Of a stretch of 42,897 bases of DNA, positions 35,863 through 42,897 are shown in pieces. The DNA is from Callorhinchus milii (taxonomy: Eukaryota): NCBI RefSeq assembly GCF_018977255.1, contig NW_024705455.1:1-42897 (forward strand). The letters run 5' to 3'. The position numbers and the translations under genes were made by a program. Position 1 is the stretch's first letter. Every line of letters starts with the position of its first letter. The notes below the pieces were generated by a model, which worked only from the letters and a program-made list of their open reading frames with translations, did not search any database and was not told where the DNA came from.

Positions 35863-36055
35863 TCTTCTTGGTTCTTTTGGTAAAGTCACGTAGAAGGGAA
35901 ATAATAAAATAATGAAAAAAACAATTAAATAATTTTCACGACGTTTCGGCCACAACGCAAGCAGCCGTCCTCAGGTGAAGACCAGGTCTTCGTGACTTTA
36001 CCGAAAGAACCAAGAAGATGAATCCCTGCAGTCACGAAAGCTTTAAATCGAAATT
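35863..36055. mobile_element. Foldback family 1 copy carrying the best-preserved hammerhead
   Basis: Arms and tail present. CAGG(T/C)AAAATTA duplicated at 35851-35862 and 36056-36067. Confidence 0.85.
35935..35979 (-). ncRNA. Minimal type I hammerhead ribozyme motif, all core nucleotides present
   Basis: TTCAC-CTGAGGA-C-GGCTGC-TTGCGTT-GTGGCC-GAAA-C-GTC/GTGAA. 5-bp stem I, 6-bp stem II; predicted cut between 35940 and 35939. Confidence 0.72.
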
Positions 36056-36214
36056 CAGGCAAAATTAATTATACTTACGGACATGAACACGCAAATGGCA
36101 TTGACATCACAAGAAAAGTTATGTTTATTTTATGTTAAATGTATCTTCATAACATACTTTTACATCCCATTCTGTCAATCCACTGTTCGACGAGGGCTTC
36201 CTCATGCACGCATG

Positions 36215-36972
36215 TGTAGTGGCATAGCGCTGGCTGCTGGCGGAAAAGGGTAACTGCGGCGTATGGCAGTACCCACGTCAGCAAGCCAAGATAGACACGA
36301 GAGGGGGGCATCTAAAGGGTAAAGGTCACAGAGGGGGGCCCATCGGGAACCCTCGGGAACCCGCTGGTAGGTTCCAGAAAGGGGGCGTGGTCTGGGCGGA
36401 GCGAGGCCACGCTGGGGGTATAAGAGGGGGCCCTGTGGGGGACCTCGTGGCTGTCGCTGGAAGTGGGATCCCAGTCCTGCTGTTCAAGATCGTCGTCGTT
36501 ACCATCTCGTCGCCATCGTAGCTGCCGTCTTCACTCGATATTGCGCTGCTAGATGGTTGTTGGCTGTCTCCGCTCAGCGCCGTCAGTTCTTAGATAGTCA
36601 GTGTTGTGTATAGGTTAGCAACAGTAATAGTGTGTACCCACGTAGGGTGTGTATAGGCTAGCAACAATAAGTGTGTACCCACGTAGTGTGTATAGGCTAA
36701 CAACAGTAATAGTGTGTACCCACGTGGTGTTGTGTAGAGGTTAGCAACAGTAATAGTGTGTACCCACGTAGGGTGTGTATAGGCTAGCAACAATAAGTGT
36801 GTACCCACGTAGGGTGTGTATAGGGTAGAAACAATAAGTGTGTACCCACGTAGTGTTGTGTTTCGGCTAGCAACAGTAATAGTGTGTACCCACGTAGGGT
36901 GTGTATTATCCCGATGTTGCTCGTTCAATAAAAGTGCCTCCAAGTCTTACTGTCTCCGAGTTAGTCACTACA
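36215..36972 (+). mobile_element. Solo LTR (Gypsy-like) with internal minisatellite
   Basis: TGTAGTG...CACTACA termini and perfect 4-bp TSD CATG. TATAA at ~36419, AATAAA at 36927. Tandem repeats of ~35-40 bp at 36600-36905. Confidence 0.88.
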
Positions 36973-37664
36973 CATGTGTGTGCGGGGTATTTGACAAGAC
37001 ATTGGTCAGTGTGAATTGGTGAAGGTCAGAGACATCGATATAGGGGCATAGCGCAGTACTACAATTCATGTTCCTGCAATGCCAGCAGCTTGCAACAGCT
37101 GTTTATGCACGAGGGACGCCCATCCAAGCGCTGCTTCGCTTCCAAGATCTGATGAGATCTGGCACTCTGTGATTTTGTCATCGGCTCATAACTCGCGTGC
37201 TTTTGATGGAGTGAAGAGCAGATTTTTTTCCGGAAAGGGTGATCCCTGAAAACGAATGTTTTACACAATCCCTAACAAATTCTGACAGTATAGCTGGACA
37301 ACTCTCATTTTAAAGCAGATCTGTCGAGCTCTCCTTTAAAATTAATTATCTTGGCATAGCCCGGGTGGAAATGTAGATTATTTTTTACATCAGGGCAGGT
37401 TTCGCTCGCTTAATGCAGTGAGATGCGTTCCAAGAAAAGGGCGCAACAAAGCAAAACCGCACCAGACACCTGCCTGGCGCACACACTACGCAACAATTAC
37501 CCACATCTCACCGCGTATCAGCATTATGAGTGAATTAAAACCACTTGAAGCAAAATTTGGGGAGAAATAGGTTCGCGGCATATATGCGAAATCGCACGAA
37601 CCGAACCTGCATAGAGCCAGGAAAATCTGTACGGTACAGGTAGTTTATTCCTCATCTTAAAGTA

Positions 37665-37817
37665 CAGGGTGGTTCAGATGTCTTGTGACTCCCGTTAAAT
37701 TCTCTAAAAACTAATATTTTAATGTAAGATTTATGTAAAACACACGTGAATATGCAAAGGAAAAAAAACCTGTAGGGGTCAATTAATTGGGTCTCGGAAG
37801 ACATCTGGACCACCCTG
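37665..37817. mobile_element. Tc1/mariner-type MITE
   Basis: TIRs CAGGGTGGTTCAGATGTCTT / AAGACATCTGGACCACCCTG flanked by TA on both sides. Confidence 0.85.
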
Positions 37818-38191
37818 TAGAAGCTATGTTATTCGGACAAAATATGTGACAGTATGGCTTGTGTGCACAGCTTTCATTTTACTGGTGGCATTGAAGCAAT
37901 GGAATAATTCCAGACTTGTTAAGCTCGCCAGTGAGTACAATTTTAGAAGAACTCTGGCGCATTTTTTTGTAACATGTGCTGAGCCGAGCTCTAAAGGCCC
38001 TCCAAAACAAATATGTGGCCACCAACAGCACACGCAGAGTTGTAATGGATTAGATAAGTGTTAATACATTTCTTCAGCAAGATTATAAGAGCTTGGGAGA
38101 ATAGACACTGGAAGGGAATTCAAATATCAAGCAGTGCAAGGAAGAGAGAGAAATGTTTTATCCTGCAATCTGGTGGTGTAACAGTCAAAAT

Positions 38192-38758
38192 CAGTGGTTC
38201 TTCTCAACCTGGGGTGCACGCACCCCCTGGGGGTGCGAGACATGGACATATTTTTTGAGAAGGTAAATCGAAACACAAATTAAGCACGGGCACATAAGTA
38301 CATCTACTTTGGGCAGGTAGGAACTTGGTTGGACAGCGCGGCGTTCAGGGGGGGGGGCAGTTGTATGAGTGGGCGTGTTTACCCTTCCCCCACACCCTCC
38401 CGACATTGTCAACCATCGCGGTATTGCTCGGTGTTCAGTGGGGAGGGGATTGCATAAGTGGGCGTGTTTACACCCCACCTCTACCAATGGCGGCACGGCT
38501 CGGCGTTTGGGGGGGGGGGGGAAAGTTGGATGATTGGGCGTGTTTACCTTCCCCCCACCCTCCCCGACATCCTCGAGGATGCATGAGTGGACGTGTTTAC
38601 ACCCCCTCCCCCCAACATCCTCAACCAATCGCGGCTTTGCTCGGCGTTCGGGGAGGAGGTGCATGGGTGGGCGGAATTCCGATGCACGACAGACAGACAG
38701 ACAAATAATCCCTGGTGGGCAGTGTGGAACCTGTTGTTTCCTACCTTTAAAACCACTG
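38192..38758. mobile_element. hAT (Charlie-like) MITE containing a nested Helentron-like element with G/C-rich tandem subrepeats
   Basis: CAGTGGTT...AACCACTG termini. Inner GGTAGGAAC (~38316) and GTTTCCTACC (~38736), plus (GACA)n. Confidence 0.5.
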
Positions 38759-38763
38759 GTCTA

Positions 38764-38922
38764 AAGGGTGATACAGATGTCTTGTGACCCCCCAAATGAA
38801 TTGACCCCGAACATTTGTTTTCTTTGTATGTACATTTCTGTATTCAATGGATCTTGCATTTAAAAATATAGATTACGTTTTAGAGAATTAAACTGGGGTC
38901 ACAAGACATCTGCACCACCCTG
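38764..38922. mobile_element. Tc1/mariner-type MITE (same family as 37665)
   Basis: AGGGTGATACAGATGTCTTGTGACCCC / GGGGTCACAAGACATCTGCACCACCCTG. Confidence 0.75.
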
Positions 38923-39070
38923 GAGATGAGGCTAAATAGTCAGTCTCGTGGGTCGAGGCCTCAACATGGGCGGAGGAATCAACAAGTAAAGTTCACGAAG
39001 TCATGTTCACTTCTGCACAAAATTGTCTGTTTCAAGCCTCATCGAGTGTTTCTACGTCGAAAGATTAATC

Positions 39071-39298
39071 ATATTTTTCTTGGTTCTTTCGGTAAAGTCA
39101 CGTAGAAGGGAAATAATAAAATAAATAAAATAAAACAATTAATTCTCACGACGTTTCGATTGCAACACAAGCAATCATCATCAGGTGTGTTGCAATCGAA
39201 ACGTCGTGAGAATTTTATTGTTTTACTTTTTTATCCTTCTACGTGACTTTACCGAAAGAACCAAGAATATGAATCCCTGCAGTCACGAAAGCTTTAAA
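39071..39298. mobile_element. Foldback family 1 copy
   Basis: Arms and tail present. TCGAAAGAT(T/G)AATC duplicated at 39057-39070 and 39299-39312. Confidence 0.85.
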
Positions 39299-39996
39299 TC
39301 GAAAGATGAATCTTCTCCTCGCAATAGCACACAAGCAGTTTTCCCGGCTTTTTTTCTAATCTAAAATGTTGATTGTTTCTCCCTACGATATTTATTTGTA
39401 TTTAAACGAGACCGAGATGAAACTAACACAAACTGTTTAACATGACATCAACAGATTGCACTCATCTTGGGAATGTGGAATGTCCACTACTTGTTCATGG
39501 ATGCTAACGGAAATGACATCCACCCCTTTGCTCATAAAAAAAAAAACCTCACACACGCATATAGGACTCCAGAGGTAAGTGGTATATGCATAATTTGTAT
39601 ATCCTAATTTTGACATGTTTTACATTATCTGTGTTTTTATTTAAGCTGGTTCCACCCCTATCCCCAACATCATAGATAATTGGGAGTTGACTGTAGATGA
39701 TTAATAAGTATAACCCGTAGAAACAAAGTTTTTCACTATAAATCCTTTATATGCGTGGCGGCTAGAGTCTTCTCGTCCTCTGGCTTGAGATGGCTGCCAC
39801 CTATGGGTCAGATCATTGCATTGCACCATTAAGCAATTGGTAATTAAATATAATATTTTTGTCCTAAAAAGTGTAAAATTTTGGAAAATTTTTTTACGAA
39901 CATGAATTGTCACGCACAACGAGTCTGTGTGGAAAATGTCAACTCGATTGGATCACGGCAAGTGGGTTAAAAAACGACCGAAAGATTTGCACGGTC
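39129..39996. repeat. Left arm of near-identical inverted duplication (partner 42032-42897, running off the window)
   Basis: 39996 pairs with 42032. The sequences are reverse complements apart from a few substitutions and 1-2 nt indels. Confidence 0.92.
39147..39187 (-). ncRNA. Minimal hammerhead ribozyme motif
   Basis: CAC-CTGATGA-T-GATTGC-TTGTGTT-GCAATC-GAAA-C-GTC/GTG. Confidence 0.68.
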
Positions 39997-40225
39997 TGGG
40001 AGGGGGCTGGTGGGGCTGGGTGGGGGGTGGGAGGGGTGGGGCTGGGTGGGGAGGGGCTGGTCACCCCGTGGTGCCCTTATAAAACTCAACGTTTAACTTA
40101 CTCACGCCGGCTTGTGCCAGTCCTCACAGTCGGGCATATTTGGGGAATACACACACGCCCGTTGACCCTGGCAATTGACCGAGCAACCCAACGTTCCTAC
40201 CAGCTCCTTCCGCAGGAATGTGTTA
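39997..40225 (+). mobile_element. 5'-truncated copy of the G-rich Helentron/DINE-1-like element
   Basis: Matches 34500-34705, including the GTTCCTACCAG sub-TIR. Confidence 0.6.
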
Positions 40226-42031
40226 TCTAAACCGGTCCTTGGTGACCTTCCATTTAGAAACCTGCATTGACCGGCGTGGTGAAGTATGTTCAAACAACCC
40301 CAACGGCTGATCGGGTGTGGGGGAGGCCTTCACCCAGAAAGTGGATTGACAAAAGGGGCCATAAATTATAATGTACAAATTCATATTTTTTCATTATAAA
40401 ATATTTGCTCATACGACTCGACAATAAGTGTATGTGGTTATGCACAGCAATGAACAGAGGGTGCCATTTATATAACTTGGGTCCAATCAAAGCGATGAGT
40501 ACAATGCATGTCGCACAATGCTCCTTTTTATGAAGCAAAGCTGCACAGTGCTTTTTTTTATCCAGCACCCGACATCATGTCCGAGGTGGAAGGCCAATTC
40601 GAATTTAACTGGTGCATTGTTAGAGGGCTAATACTCGGAGACAAATCTCACAGTAGAGCTTCGAAAAGCACGGATTCACACGAGCCTGGCTACACTCAAA
40701 AGACTCTTCATTCCAAGGACACCATGGGTTAAGAGAGTGCCGAAGAGAGAGAAAGAAGGGACATAATGAAAACATGGTAACAACATAACAAGGGACTTTG
40801 TGTGTGTTTCCTGCCAGCTGCCTGGCACAGACTCTAGCCTCCTGGCATCCACTTTGTTCTGTTGAACAAGAAGCCTTTTACAAGGAGTTTTTACAAAATA
40901 CGAGCAGTGTTCATGGACTGCAGGCTTGCACGAACGCTGGTCTGCATTCCGTCCATTTAGTTATTTCCTTTAAATGATATGGTATAGGCATTTCAGACTA
41001 CTTAAAAACATTCCCGCACAAAAATGTGTTTGTTTTTAAAGCGGATTTTTACACGCGTGCGCATTCAAAATATCCACCCAGAATGATATGGTTTTAATTA
41101 TCGTAATTTCCATGAGTTATTTAAGTACTAACACTCGGTCATGTTTCGTAAGTATTTCCTCTAGGAGTGCGTGGTAATGAAGTGTCAAATAAAATCACAA
41201 TGCCTGGAATAATATTGGTCCTATGCTCATTTTCATTTTGTTCAGTAATTAACTAAATAAACTTGGCAAGCATGACTAAAGCGAGGGTTTTAAATTAGGA
41301 TCTGTAAAATTCATAGTGAAAAGAAAAAGGCCACAAATTATATTATAATTCATTTCAAGTTAAATTTTCTTGATTAATCCGAATTAAACCGGTGCATATT
41401 ATTCCATAAAAATGTAAATAAGAAAAACAAGTAACAATTAAAGTTGTAAAAAAGTATACAAACTGTGTGGAACATGATGCTTATTCAGATACATCAACAA
41501 TTCCACGTTAAAATTTGCAATCCCACCAGGACTTAAAGCACATTACAAATAAGATGATGGTTTAAACAACAACCAAAAGCAACATTTTTTGTAATGGCAG
41601 TTGCTTGCTTTTGTTTGACAGTCCAAGAAATTACTGCGCACAACATCCATCTAAATCATACATTTCATAATAGTAGTAGTGGGTGTCGCTAACAATTTTT
41701 ATTCTGCAGCATGACACACTCTCAAATGAGACGAAAATCTGGGGCACCCTTATTGAATCGATTGTGGGAGCAATCCCCTGCCCACACAACCACTGGCATC
41801 CCATTGGTAGCAATTTGATACATATTATAATATACTGCTCATCAGGTTCATCTAACAGTCACCAAATGCCAATATTTATTAATGCTTCAAACTGAATAAC
41901 AACTGAAAAACAAGCCCAAAACAGGATAGTGAAAAGAGAAAATATCACAGGTGCAAAGTGTGACTACCATTTGAGTGAAAGGTGTAATACCATTTTTAAA
42001 TCCTTTATATTAAGTTCGCTTGCTTGCTTAG

Positions 42032-42897
42032 GACCGTGCAAATCTTTCGGTCGTTTTTTAACCCACTTGCCGTGATCCAATCGAGTTGACATTTTCCACA
42101 CAGACTCGTTGTGCGTGACAATTCATGTTCGTAAAAAAATTTTCTAAATTTTAACATTTTTAGGACAAAAATATTATATTTAATTACCAATTGCTTAATG
42201 GTGCAATGCAATGATCTGACCCATAGGTGGCAGCCATCTCAGAGCTAGAGGACGAGAAGACTCTAGCCGCCACGCATATAAAGGATTTATAGTGAAAAAC
42301 TTTGTTTCTACGGGTTATACTTATTAATCATCTACAGTCAACTCCCAATTATCTATGATGTTGGGGATAGGGGTGGAACCAGCTTAAATAAAAACCAGAT
42401 AATGTAAAACATGTCAAAATTAGGATATACAAATTATGCATATACCACTTACCTCTGGAGTCCTATATGCGTGTGTGAGGTTTTTTTTTTAATGAGCAAA
42501 GGGGTGGATGTCATTTCCGTTAGCATCCATGAACAAGTAGTGGACATTCCACATTCCCAAGATGAGTGCAATCTGTTGATGTCATGTTAAACAGTTTGTG
42601 TTAGTTTCATCTCGTCTCGTTTAAATACAAATAAATATCGTAGGGAGAAACAATCAACATTTTAGATTAGAAAAAAAGCCGGGAAAACTGCTTGTGTGCT
42701 ATTGCGAGGAGAAGATTCATCTTTCGATTTAAAGCTTTCGTGACTGCAGGGATTCATATTCTTGGTTCTTTCGGTAAAGTCACGTAGAAGGATAAAAAGT
42801 AAAACAATAAAATTCTCACGACGTTTCGATTGCAACACACCTGATGATGATTGCTTGTGTTGCAATCGAAACGTCGTGAGAATTTCATTGTTTTATT
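42032..42897. repeat. Right arm of inverted duplication, including a foldback family 1 copy (~42724-end)
   Basis: Reverse complement of ~39129-39996. Confidence 0.92.
42838..42878 (+). ncRNA. Minimal hammerhead ribozyme motif (duplicate of 39147-39187)
   Basis: CAC-CTGATGA(42841-42847)-T-GATTGC-TTGTGTT-GCAATC-GAAA-C-GTC/GTG. Confidence 0.68.

Overview
Eukaryotic, vertebrate-type genomic DNA: AT-rich, intron-containing and repeat-dense. A jawless fish such as hagfish is my guess, not something the sequence proves. Three spliced genes are visible. (1) The last three coding exons of an unidentified + strand gene ending in the ER-retrieval-like motif KEEL (458-3214). (2) A SNAP23/SNAP25-family t-SNARE gene on the - strand, most like SNAP23, with seven coding exons at 14103-7630 and a likely non-coding exon 1 near 20.3-20.5 kb. 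(3) An SRSF5 (SRp40) gene on the + strand, with coding exons at 28589-31748 and a candidate NMD poison exon in intron 5; its promoter sits behind a six-unit 67-bp tandem array of CRE + (CG)7 palindrome + CCAAT. The SNAP and SRSF5 genes carry several apparent 1-nt deletions, most simply explained as assembly error. The most unusual signal is a family of about 10 short foldback insertions with a one-sided tail of about 30 nt and 12-16 bp target-site duplications. Several carry minimal type I hammerhead ribozyme motifs (CUGANGA-stem II-GAAACGUC), which points to non-autonomous Penelope-like/retrozyme-like elements. A second foldback family has the same architecture. Also present: two related solo LTRs, a deleted hAT element, Harbinger and Tc1/mariner MITEs, Helentron/DINE-1-like elements, SINEs, tandem repeats and an inverted duplication of at least 0.87 kb at the right end.
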